Of a stretch of DNA of 64,000 bases, positions 9,896 to 19,583 are shown in pieces. The stretch lies in contig CALVYH010000006.1 in NCBI GenBank assembly GCA_944372115.1, positions 47 through 64,046 of the forward strand. The letters run 5' to 3'. The DNA comes from an uncultured Bacilli bacterium. GTDB lineage: Bacteria > Bacillota_I > Bacilli_A > RFN20 > CAG-826. A program made the position numbers and the translations under genes. Numbering within the stretch: position 1 is the first letter of the stretch; every line of letters begins with the position of its first letter. Under the pieces are notes generated by a model. It had not been told where the DNA came from and searched no databases. It saw only the letters and a list, made by a program, of their open reading frames with translations.

Positions 9896-10770
9896 AAATG
9901 CAATTAATTTATGTAGCAAGTCTTTAAATATTCCTCCTGCTTTTGTTGAAAAAGATTATTATGTCACTTACTTTTTAAATGAATTAATAAAAATTGATGA
10001 TAATTACATTTTTAAAGGTGGTACTTGTTTATTTAAAGCTTATAAAATAATCGATCGCTTTTCTGAAGATATTGATTTAAGTTATCCACTTATTTTGTTG
10101 ACTGTTGGAAAAAAAGAAATATCAAAAAAACATTTTAGAGGTTGGTAGGAAAATAGGAAAAATAACAGATTTAGAAGATACAAGAAGCAGAAGATCTTTC
10201 AATAGATATATTTTTGAATATCAAAAAACTTTTTTAGATGAAAGATTAAAACAAGATTTAATTGTTGAAGCTGCTTTTCAATCTGATTCTTATCCAACTG
10301 AAGAAAATTATATTGAATCTTTAATTATGACTTATTTAAAAAATAATAACTACTATGATGCGATAAAAATATTTGAGATTGATGGTTTTAAACTTAAAAC
10401 TCAATAATTAGAGAGGACATTTGTAGATAAATTATTTGCGATTTGTGATTATCATATTTCTAAAAAATTAGACAGACAATCACGTCATATTTATGATTTA
10501 TATAAGATTTATCCTTTTATAAAATTAGATTCGAATTTTGTCGATTTATTTAATAATGTTAGAAAAGATCGACAAAATAATGTCACTTGTTATTCGGCAT
10601 TTGATGGTATGGAAATTACTTCTTTAATCGATGAATTGATTAAAGAAGATACTTTTAAAGAAGATTATTTAAAAAATGGTTATGCTTTAGAATGGAATCC
10701 GATCGAATATGAAGTAATAATAAATGGATTAAAAGAAATTAATGAAGAATTAAAGAAAATTATTAAATAA
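9864..10770 (+). pseudogene. AbiEii/AbiGii-family nucleotidyltransferase toxin (DUF1814), disrupted by a frameshift (~10105-10148) and an in-frame TAA (10405-10407)
   Basis: The N-terminal piece has the signature EKDYYVTYFL...FKGGTCLFKAY...RFSEDIDLSY. The reading frame then switches near a poly-A run. The third piece (LERTFVDKLFAICDYH...RHIYDLYKIY) continues in frame after a TAA. Confidence 0.6.
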
Positions 10771-10789
10771 TTTAAATTTTTTATTAATG

Positions 10790-10830
10790 AAAAAGGCTTA
10801 TCTAGATGATAGATAAGCCTTTATTTTTAT
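10790..10830. terminator. bidirectional rho-independent terminator between the abiEii remnant and nrdD
   Basis: AAGGCTTATCTA-gatga-TAGATAAGCCTT forms a 12-bp perfect stem, flanked by A and T runs. Confidence 0.7.
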
Positions 10831-10836
10831 ATTTAA

Positions 10837-13270
10837 CTATTTAATATTATCGATATAATCAACGATATTTGATAATGAAGTGATTGCTTCTTCTTTACCA
10901 TTATTATTAACAATTAATGTAGGAGCACTCATAACATTATATTTATTAACTAAGTCTTGGTTTTTATTAGCATCGATTTCGATAAAAGAAATATCTTTTT
11001 CTTTTAAGATTTCTTTAACCATTTTGCAATTAGAACAAGTAGAAGTTACAAATAATTTAAATGTATTTTCATTTGTTGCTTCGTTTTTTTCTGTTTCTAA
11101 TTTAACTTCATTACTTTTTTTAATATCATCATTTTTAATTGAAGAAGTTAATGAAGCATCGTTTTCTTCATTTAAAACACCTTTATGTTTTAAAACTGAA
11201 GTATTAATGTTATAGGTTTTTCTTTCTTTAAATTCTTGAGCTTTACCTGCATTCCAGTTTTGAACTGGACGATAATAACCAGTAATACGAGAATAAACTT
11301 CAGTAGGTTTATGGCAATGTGGACATTCATAGACTTCTCCAGCGATATAACCATGATCTTTACATACTGAATAGGTTGGAGAAATTGTGTAATAAGGAAG
11401 ACGATAATTTTCAGCAATTTTTCTAACTAAATTAGCTGTAGCTCTCCAATCAGGTAATTTTTCGCCTAAGAAGGTATGGAAAACTGTTCCAGATGTATAT
11501 AAAGTTTGGAGTCTATCTTGAACATCAAGTGCACTAAATACATCATCAGTATAGGAAACTGGAAGATGAGATGAGTTAGTATAATATGGAGTATTACAAT
11601 CACTTGTTGCAGTTTTAATATCTGGATATTTTTCTTTATCGTGTTTTGCTAAACGATAAGAAGTAGATTCGGCTGGAGTAGCTTCAAGGTTATATAAATC
11701 GCCATATTGTTCTTGATATTGAACAAGTCTATCTCTCATATGATTTAAAACTTCGACAGCGAAATCTTGTGTTTCTTGATGAGTTAAATCTTTTTGTAAC
11801 CATTTAGCATTTAAACCAACTTCATTCATTCCGACAAGTCCAATTGTTGAGAAATGATTTTTAAATGTTCCTAAATAGTGTTTTGTATAAGGATATAATC
11901 CAGCATCTAAAAGTTTGGTAATGACATCTCTTTTAATTTTTAAGCTTCTAGCGGAAATATCCATTAATTTATCTAAACGATTATAGAAATCTTCTTTATC
12001 TTTTGAAAGATATGCTATACGAGGAAGGTTAATTGTAACTACACCAACACTTCCTGTTGATTCACCACTTCCAAAGAAACCGCCACTTTTTTTCCTTAAT
12101 TCTCTTAAATCAAGTCTTAATCTACAGCACATACTTCTAACATCGCTTGGTTTCATATCAGAGTTGATATAATTTGAGAAGTAAGGAGTGCCATATTTAG
12201 CGGTCATTTCAAATAATAGTTTGTTATTTTCGGTTTCGCTCCAATCAAAATCTCTTGTAATTGAATAAGTTGGGATTGGATATTGAAATCCTCTTCCGTT
12301 AGCATCGCCTTCAATCATTGTTTCAAGGAATGCTTTATTTATCATATCCATTTCTTTCTTACAGTCTTTATATTTAAAGTCCAAAAGTTTTCCACCAACA
12401 ATACAATATTCTTCAGCTAAATCAGAAGGAACTACCCAATCGAGAGTAATGTTAGTAAATGGAGCTTGTGTACCCCATCTTGAAGGAATATTAAGACCAA
12501 AAACGAAAGATTCGATACATTTTTTGGTTTCTTCATATGTTAAATTATCAGCTTTAACAAAAGGAGCGAGATAAGTATCAAAAGAAGAGAAAGCTTGAGC
12601 ACCTGCCCATTCATTTTGCATAATTCCTAAGAAGTTAACCATTTGGTTACATAAAGTAGCTAAATGTTTTGCAGGAGCAGAAGTAATTTTTCCTCTAACT
12701 CCACCAAGACCTTCTTTAATCAATTGTTTTAAAGACCATCCTGCGCAATATCCACTTAACATTGATAAGTCGTGAATATGAATATCAGCATTACGATGAG
12801 CATCGGCTATTTCTTGATCATAGATTTCATGTAACCAATAATTAGCAGTAATTGCACCACTATTAGAAAGAATAAGGCCGCCAATTGAATAAGTAACAGT
12901 TGAATTTTCTTTAACTCTCCAATCGATTGAATCTAAATATTGATCAACGGTCTTTTTATAATCTAAAGTAGTAGCTTTAATGTTTCTAATTGATTCTCTT
13001 TTCTTTCTATAAAGAATATAAGATTTTGCAACATCAGCAAAACCACTTTCCATTAAAGTTTCTTCGACTAAATCTTGGATATCTTCAACAGCAATAAATC
13101 CATTTTTGATTTTAGAATCAAATTTAGATGTAACTAAAAGAGCAAGTAAATCAATTTGAGTTTTTTCATGTTCTCTTGAAACACTATCAAATGCAAGTGC
13201 GATTGCATTTGATATTTTGTTAATGTCAAATGATGTTATTTTGCCATCTCTTTTTATGACCTTATACATA
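10837..13270 (-). CDS. nrdD: anaerobic ribonucleoside-triphosphate reductase (class III RNR) with an additional C-terminal NrdH/glutaredoxin-like CxxC domain
   Basis: ATP-cone at the N-terminus (VIKRDGKITSFDINKISNAI). Zn-ribbon CPHCH. Glycyl-radical motif SRITGYYRPVQNWNAGKAQEF. This is followed by ~130 extra residues ending in a thioredoxin-fold segment: FVTSTCSNCKMVKEIL...ISFIEIDANKNQDLVNKYNVMSAPTLIV. Start chosen at MYKV (AAGGAGAAATTATG RBS). Confidence 0.9.
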
Positions 13271-13288
13271 ATTTCTCCTTTCCTTCCT

Positions 13289-13981
13289 TTAAATACCACG
13301 AATTTCTGTATAAATATTAATAGAATTTAAATAATTTTTATAATTTATTAAGGTTTCTATATCGTGAGCTGAATATCCTTTTTTAATGTTATTTTCACTG
13401 TCTTCGAATTGTTGAAGATAATATCTTTTTGCACCTTTTAAAAGTTCGCCAATTTCTTTAATGTCATCAAAATCATGTAATTCTTTAACAATTGTAGTTC
13501 TAAATTCATAATCAACATGATTTTCTTTTAAATAAGCGATACTTTTTAAGATATTATCAGTAAAAAGTTTATTCATTCCACAAGTTAAAGGATATTTTTT
13601 AATAGAATTTTTAACATCCATTGCAACATAATCGATAATATTTAAATCAATTATTTCTTTAAGTTTTGGGAATAAGTAGCCATTAGTGTCAAGTTTTACT
13701 TTATAACCCATTGTTTTTACTTTTTTTATAAAATCGATTATGTCATTTTGAAGAAGTGGTTCACCTCCACTAATACAAATTCCATCTAATTTACCTTTTC
13801 TTGATTCTAAGAATTCAAATATCTCTTTTTCATCGATTAATTCATTTAAAGAAGAATCGATAACTAAGGCACTATTATGACAAAATGGGCACATAAAGGT
13901 GCATCCATTAGTGAAGATTGTTGCAGCCATTAGTCCTGGAAAATCGAGTAGTGTAAGTTTTTGAATCCCGGCTATTTTCAT
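13289..13981 (-). CDS. nrdG: anaerobic ribonucleotide reductase activating protein (radical SAM)
   Basis: Radical-SAM cluster motif CTFMCPFCHNS. The ~230-aa protein sits immediately upstream of nrdD on the same strand. Confidence 0.85.
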   Translation of the reverse strand: MKIAGIQKLTLLDFPGLMAATIFTNGCTFMCPFCHNSALVIDSSLNELIDEKEIFEFLESRKGKLDGICISGGEPLLQNDIIDFIKKVKTMGYKVKLDTNGYLFPKLKEIIDLNIIDYVAMDVKNSIKKYPLTCGMNKLFTDNILKSIAYLKENHVDYEFRTTIVKELHDFDDIKEIGELLKGAKRYYLQQFEDSENNIKKGYSAHDIETLINYKNYLNSINIYTEIRGI

Positions 13982-14371
13982 ATAAATAAATGAGTGGTTG
14001 TTAAAACACTTTTTTAATAATTATATTATTAAAGTGTTACAAAATTTAAATGCTTCTTAAGCACTAACAAGTATTATCATACATCAAAAAAAGTCTTTTG
14101 TTCATTATTTTTTTATTAAGATTTGTGGAGATTTTTTACTATAAAAATTTGCAATTTTATTAAGCTATTTTAAGTCAAAAAGTAGTATTAAATTAGTATC
14201 AATTAAGTAAATTTTCACGTGGAATTTTTTTAGCTATTTTTTTGAATAACAACAAGTCTGTCACTATTAAAAGTTTTCACGTTTTAATTTTTTATACATT
14301 TATTTTTTTAAATGTTAGCACCAACTTACTTTTTTCGTTGCCTTCAACTAACTTTTATAATAATATAAAGC

Positions 14372-14722
14372 ATGTTAGATTTAACTAACATTTGTTTTAT
14401 GAAGATATATAAAGAAAAAGAAGTTGTTAATTTAATGATCGATATTTATTACAAAAAGAAAATTAAAAAGGATAAGTCTATGGAAAGTGAAAAAGAAGAT
14501 TTAAAAAAATATTGCGCCTATCGCTTATCTTTATGTCCTTTTAAAGATAACAAACCTTTTTGTTCAAATTGTAAAATTCATTGTTATGACAAAGTTCATA
14601 AAGAATTAATTAAAAAAGTTATGCGTTTTAGTGGACCAAGGATGCTAATTTATCATCCTTTACTTGCTATAAAACATTTAATTGAATCTAGAAAAAATAA
14701 AAAAATGGTAAAAGAAAAGTAG
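14372..14722 (+). CDS. YgbA-like 'nitrous oxide-stimulated promoter' family small cysteine-rich protein (start codon uncertain)
   Basis: Cys-rich core CAYRLSLCPF...CSNCKIHCYD...RFSGPRM resembles PF11756-type proteins. The true start may be a downstream Met (MIDIYY...). Confidence 0.4.
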   Translation: MLDLTNICFMKIYKEKEVVNLMIDIYYKKKIKKDKSMESEKEDLKKYCAYRLSLCPFKDNKPFCSNCKIHCYDKVHKELIKKVMRFSGPRMLIYHPLLAIKHLIESRKNKKMVKEK

Positions 14723-14733
14723 GTAGTTAAGTT

Positions 14734-15195
14734 ATGTTAAAATCAAAAATTCTTCGTATTATATGCATTATTTTAGGATTTATTTGTTTAGGTATTGGAG
14801 TTTTAGGGATAATTCTTCCAATCCTTCCAACAACCCCATTTTTACTTTTAACATCTTTTTTCTTTATGAAAGGATCAAAAAGATTTAACGATTGGTTTCT
14901 TTCTTCTAAAATTTATAAAAAATATTTAGAAAATTTTTCTAAAAATAAAGTTATGACTATTTATGGAGAGTTAATTTTACTTTCTTTTGTAAGTTTAATG
15001 ATTATTATGACGATGTTTATCGTAAATAATTTAACTGTTTCAATCATTTTAATGATTTTAGTTATTTTAAAATACACTTACTTTATTTTTAAAATTAAAA
15101 CTGTTGATAAAAAAACATATTTAAAACTAAGAAAAAATATTGATATCGAAAAAGAAAAGTTAAGTAAAAATAAAGTTGTTATTGATGAAGAATAA
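14734..15195 (+). CDS. YbaN/DUF454-family inner membrane protein
   Basis: The N-terminal signature GIGVLGIILPILPTTPFLLLTSFFFMKGSKRF is characteristic of DUF454. Confidence 0.6.
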   Translation: MLKSKILRIICIILGFICLGIGVLGIILPILPTTPFLLLTSFFFMKGSKRFNDWFLSSKIYKKYLENFSKNKVMTIYGELILLSFVSLMIIMTMFIVNNLTVSIILMILVILKYTYFIFKIKTVDKKTYLKLRKNIDIEKEKLSKNKVVIDEE

Positions 15196-15221
15196 TATGT
15201 TTTTAAGGTTTTTAAATATTT

Positions 15222-16943
15222 ATGATTAATAAAAGATTAGTTGAACTTTTATGTAAAAATAAGATTTATATTGTTTATATAGTAATTTTAAACATCATTC
15301 TTTTATTTTTGTCTTTATTTATTACATCATTAATTATTTATTCATTATCTTTCTTTTTTGATTTAAGAAATAATAATACTTCTAATATGATAATTTTCTC
15401 TATATTATCGATATTATTAGTAGTAACTATAAGAATAATTCTATCTATTTTAGTAGATAGAAATATTAATAAATTCGCTTCTAAAATATTAATTAAATTA
15501 AGAAGTGACCTGTTTAATAAGTTAGGGAAAACATCTAAAGAGAAGGTAAGTGAAATATCTCAACTTGGTGTTGAAGGAATTGAACAATTAAATTTATATT
15601 ATACTGTTTATATTCCTCAATTTTTTTATGCTTTAATCGCTCCAATTATTCTTTTTATTATCTTTTTATTTATAAATTATATTGTAGCGATAATATTTTT
15701 AATTTGTATTCCACTTATCCCTCTTTCAATTATATTAATGAGTAAATACGCTAAAAAGATTTTTAATGTTTATTGGGATAAATATATAAAAATGGGTGGA
15801 TCTTTTTTAGATGCTTTAAATGGATTAAAAGAACTTAAACTTTTTAAAGCTAGTTCTATAAAGGGAAAAGAACTTGATGATAATAATGAAGAATTTAGAA
15901 AAATAACGATGAAAGTTTTAATAATGCAACTATTTTCTACTACAATCATGGATTTAGTTGCTTATGGAGGAAGTGCGATAGGAATCGTTGTTTCTTTATA
16001 TTGTTATTATAATAATTATTTAATTGATTCATTTTATTTAGTCTTATTTATTATTTTAGTTGGTGCCGAATTTTTTCTACCCTTAAGAAGTTTAGGTAGC
16101 GCTTTTCATATGGCGATGAATGGCGAAACTGCCGGAAATAAAATTTTAGATATTTTAAATAAAGAAAATATTAGCGAAGGAGAAGAAGTTTTAGCTTCAA
16201 TTGATAGAATTAACTTTAATAATGTCTCTTTTTCATATAAAGATGATAATCCTAAACTTGTTTTAGACGATATTTCTTTTTTATTAACGAAAAATAAACT
16301 ATATGGTTTAGTTGGTCTTTCAGGAAGTGGAAAATCTTCTTTAACTAAAATCTTAATTAAAGATGAAAAAATTGATAAAGGCGATATAAAAATAAACGAT
16401 ATTGATTTTGATAAAATTAAATTAGATTCATATTATTCAAATATTTGTTATATTTCTTATGATTCTTATCTTTTTAACGACACAATTTTAAATAACTTTA
16501 AACTAATTAAAGAAGATATTAGTGAAGAAGAGATTTTACATTATTTAAAATTAGTTAAATTAGATTATTTAGTTACAAAAAATAAAGAAGGTGTTAATTA
16601 TAAAATTAAAGAAGACTCTTCTAATTTAAGCGGAGGAGAAAAACAAAGATTGATTTTAGCAATAAATCTCGTTAAAAAAAGAGATTTTTATATATTTGAT
16701 GAAGCGACTTCTTCAATAGATAAAGAAAGTGAAGATGTCATTAGAGAAATAATTTATTCTTTAAAAAAAGATTCGATTATTCTTTTTATTTCGCATTCAT
16801 TTAAAAATATTGTTAATGCTGATGAAATTTTCTTTATTGATTCATCTCACCATTTAATTAAAGGAAAAAATGATGAATTAATAAATAAAAATAATGAATA
16901 TAAGAAGATCTATGATTTACAAAAAGAAGGAGGATTACTTTAA
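15222..16943 (+). CDS. ABC transporter, fused permease/ATP-binding protein (CydD-like thiol-exporter type)
   Basis: Six N-terminal TM helices. Walker A GLVGLSGSGKSS, signature LSGGEKQRL, Walker B FYIFDEATS. Confidence 0.7.
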   Translation: MINKRLVELLCKNKIYIVYIVILNIILLFLSLFITSLIIYSLSFFFDLRNNNTSNMIIFSILSILLVVTIRIILSILVDRNINKFASKILIKLRSDLFNKLGKTSKEKVSEISQLGVEGIEQLNLYYTVYIPQFFYALIAPIILFIIFLFINYIVAIIFLICIPLIPLSIILMSKYAKKIFNVYWDKYIKMGGSFLDALNGLKELKLFKASSIKGKELDDNNEEFRKITMKVLIMQLFSTTIMDLVAYGGSAIGIVVSLYCYYNNYLIDSFYLVLFIILVGAEFFLPLRSLGSAFHMAMNGETAGNKILDILNKENISEGEEVLASIDRINFNNVSFSYKDDNPKLVLDDISFLLTKNKLYGLVGLSGSGKSSLTKILIKDEKIDKGDIKINDIDFDKIKLDSYYSNICYISYDSYLFNDTILNNFKLIKEDISEEEILHYLKLVKLDYLVTKNKEGVNYKIKEDSSNLSGGEKQRLILAINLVKKRDFYIFDEATSSIDKESEDVIREIIYSLKKDSIILFISHSFKNIVNADEIFFIDSSHHLIKGKNDELINKNNEYKKIYDLQKEGGLL

Positions 16944-16946
16944 TTT

Positions 16947-18665
16947 ATGAAAAAAAGAAGTGTTTTTAAAGTTATTCTTTCTTTATTAAAACTTGTTGAT
17001 AAGTTTGTTGTTGTTTTATTTTTAGCCGTTATAAATGGGGCGATTGGAAATTTGTTAGCTGTTTCAATTTCTACTTTAAGTGTAATTGCTTTATCTTCTT
17101 TACTTGGATTAGAAATATCTATTTCTTTTACAAATCTTTTAATTATTATAGTAATTTGTGGAATTTTAAGAGGAATTGTTAGATATTTTGAACAATATTC
17201 TAACCATTATATTGCTTTTAAAATTTTAGCAATAATTCGTCATAAAGTTTTTAAAAAGTTAGAAAGTTTATCAATTAGCGATATCGATGATAAAGAAAAA
17301 GGAAATATGATGGAAATGATTACTTCTGATATTGAAACTTTAGAAGTTTTTTATGCTCATACTGTTTCTCCAACTCTTATTGCATTAATCGTAAGTGTTG
17401 TAAATTTAATAGTTTTAGGTTTACTAACTAATTTTATTTTATCTTTTGTTTTACTTTTCTTTTATATTTTAGTTGGTGTAATTATTCCTATAATTTCTTA
17501 TAAGGTATTAGAAAAAGATGGAAGAAGTTATCGTTATGAACTCGCCTCATTTAATTCTTTCTTCTTAGATGCTTTAAAAGGAATTAAAGAACTTAAATTT
17601 TTTAATAGAATTGATGAAAAAGCTAAAATTATCGATGAAAAATCTTCTTCGCTTGATAAAAAACGTGTTAAATCAAATAATAAGGCTTCAATTTTTAAAG
17701 CAATTTCTTCTTCGATGATTATTCTTTCAGCTTTAAGTATAATTTTAGTTTCGTTTTTAATTAACTCTTATTCGTCTATAACTTCTACTTTATTTATAAA
17801 ACCATATGAATTAATTATTGGAGTTGTTATTTCTTTATCTTCTTTTGGACCTTTAATTGCTTTAAGTGCTCTACCTTTAAATCTTGTTCAAACTTTTTCA
17901 AGTGGAAATAGAATTTTAGATTTATTGGATGAAAAAGCATCTTTAAACGAAGTTAATGACGGTACTACTTTAGATTATAAAAGTGTAAAAGTTAATTCTT
18001 TATCATTTAAATATAACAATGCGGATAAAGAAGTATTAAAAAATATTAATTTAAATATAAACGAAAATAAAATTATCGTTATTAAAGGTGAATCTGGAAT
18101 AGGAAAATCTACACTTCTTAAACTTTTGATTAGATATTATAAAATTGAAGATCAAAATATGATTAAATATAACGATATTCCTATTGATAATATTAATACT
18201 TCTTCGTTATTAGATAACGTTACAATGTTTTCACAATCTACCTATTTATTTAATGATACTATTTTAAATAATTTAAAAATTGCTTCTTTAAATGCTAGTA
18301 ACGAAGAAATTATCGATGCTTTAAAAAAAGCATCGATATATAATTTTGTATTTTCTTTAAAAGATAATTTAAATACTGTTATAGACCCTCAAAAATTAAA
18401 TATTTCTTTAGGAGAAAAACAAAGATTAGGATTAGCTAGAGTTATATTAAGAAAACCAAAATTATTACTTTTGGATGAGCCAACTGCTAATATTGATTTA
18501 GAAAATGAAGTTTTATTCTTAAATTCTTTAAAAACAATAAAAAAAGATATGAGTATAATCATTATTACTCATAAAGAATCAACTTCAAGAATCGCTGATA
18601 TTACTTATAAATTAGAAAATGGAGAATTATATGAAGTTAAAGATAATCTTAATGAATCTAATTAA
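16947..18665 (+). CDS. ABC transporter, fused permease/ATP-binding protein (CydC-like partner)
   Basis: TM domain plus Walker A GESGIGKST, degenerate signature SLGEKQRLGLAR, Walker B LLLLDEPT. It is paired with the upstream ABC gene, 3 bp apart. Confidence 0.7.
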   Translation: MKKRSVFKVILSLLKLVDKFVVVLFLAVINGAIGNLLAVSISTLSVIALSSLLGLEISISFTNLLIIIVICGILRGIVRYFEQYSNHYIAFKILAIIRHKVFKKLESLSISDIDDKEKGNMMEMITSDIETLEVFYAHTVSPTLIALIVSVVNLIVLGLLTNFILSFVLLFFYILVGVIIPIISYKVLEKDGRSYRYELASFNSFFLDALKGIKELKFFNRIDEKAKIIDEKSSSLDKKRVKSNNKASIFKAISSSMIILSALSIILVSFLINSYSSITSTLFIKPYELIIGVVISLSSFGPLIALSALPLNLVQTFSSGNRILDLLDEKASLNEVNDGTTLDYKSVKVNSLSFKYNNADKEVLKNINLNINENKIIVIKGESGIGKSTLLKLLIRYYKIEDQNMIKYNDIPIDNINTSSLLDNVTMFSQSTYLFNDTILNNLKIASLNASNEEIIDALKKASIYNFVFSLKDNLNTVIDPQKLNISLGEKQRLGLARVILRKPKLLLLDEPTANIDLENEVLFLNSLKTIKKDMSIIIITHKESTSRIADITYKLENGELYEVKDNLNESN

Positions 18666-18849
18666 TATTTTTTTAGAAGTTAATGATAATAATAACGGCG
18701 GATTTGATTATTTCTCAATTCCTAGAATTTTAGCTTATATTACTTTAGGTTTAGCTTTAATTTTTTTATTGATTATTTTACTTAGATACTTAATAAAAAA
18801 GAAAAAAAGTAAAATAAATAATGATGAAAATAAAGATAAACCTAATTAA
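18631..18849 (+). CDS. possible small single-TM protein overlapping the ABC gene end
   Basis: ATG at 18631 with a GGAGA RBS. One hydrophobic helix (ILAYITLGLALIFLLIILL) followed by KKKKSK. Weak evidence. Confidence 0.3.
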   Translation: MKLKIILMNLINIFLEVNDNNNGGFDYFSIPRILAYITLGLALIFLLIILLRYLIKKKKSKINNDENKDKPN

Positions 18850-19067
18850 TTTTTAATATTAAATATTATAAATTTAATATTCTAAATATTATTTCCACGT
18901 GGAAAAATTAATTAGACTATTTTTTAAAATGACTTTATTTATCCTACTTTTTTGTTTTCACGTTATAAGAAAATTTTGAATGTTAAAAATATTATCATTA
19001 AATTAGAAACCCAATTTTTAATATGTTAAGATTGTAAATAGTGTTAAAAAAGGAGGAATAGAAAAAA

Positions 19068-19583
19068 ATGAAAAGACATTTAAAAGAAATCGAATTAGAT
19101 GATTTAAAAGAACTTCAAATTATGTTGAAAGATTTTTGGACTACCCAACTTTATGATGCTACTAAAGCGGATATTTTAGAGGATATTCGTCGTTTACTTA
19201 ATCCAAAATGTTATTCTTATCTTATTATGGATGATGATAAAATAGCAGGTTTTATCTATGTTAATGAAAAATACGGTTATAACAACAATATTGAATATCT
19301 TTATGTTAAAAAAGAATTTAGAGGTAAAGGACTTGGCTCATTAGCATTAGAAGAAATTAAAAAAATAATTCTACCTTCTCAAGGAAGAGTTCAAATAGAA
19401 GTAAATCCTTCTAATGATAAAGCTTTAAAGCTTTATCATTCATTAGGTTTTAATAATATTGATACAATTACTTTATCAACAGGAATTGTTGGTGAAACAG
19501 AAAAAATTCATATTTTAGGTGAAGATTTCTTAATTAATAAAAGAAGTTTATTCTCTTATAAGAAAAAAGATACTAATAATTAA
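19068..19583 (+). CDS. GNAT-family N-acetyltransferase
   Basis: Acetyl-CoA binding motif RGKGLGSLALEEI. Strong RBS AAGGAGGAATAG upstream. Confidence 0.75.
   Translation: MKRHLKEIELDDLKELQIMLKDFWTTQLYDATKADILEDIRRLLNPKCYSYLIMDDDKIAGFIYVNEKYGYNNNIEYLYVKKEFRGKGLGSLALEEIKKIILPSQGRVQIEVNPSNDKALKLYHSLGFNNIDTITLSTGIVGETEKIHILGEDFLINKRSLFSYKKKDTNN

Noticed and set aside
10408-10770. The region after the TAA at 10405 as an independent gene
   Set aside because: It has no start codon or RBS of its own. It continues the AbiEii homology in frame, so it is treated as part of one disrupted gene.
10880-11417. Two ORFs (10880-11215 plus strand, 11190-11417 minus strand) inside nrdD
   Set aside because: They are opposite-strand or alternative-frame shadows of the 820-aa NrdD ORF. 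Both are low-complexity with no motifs.
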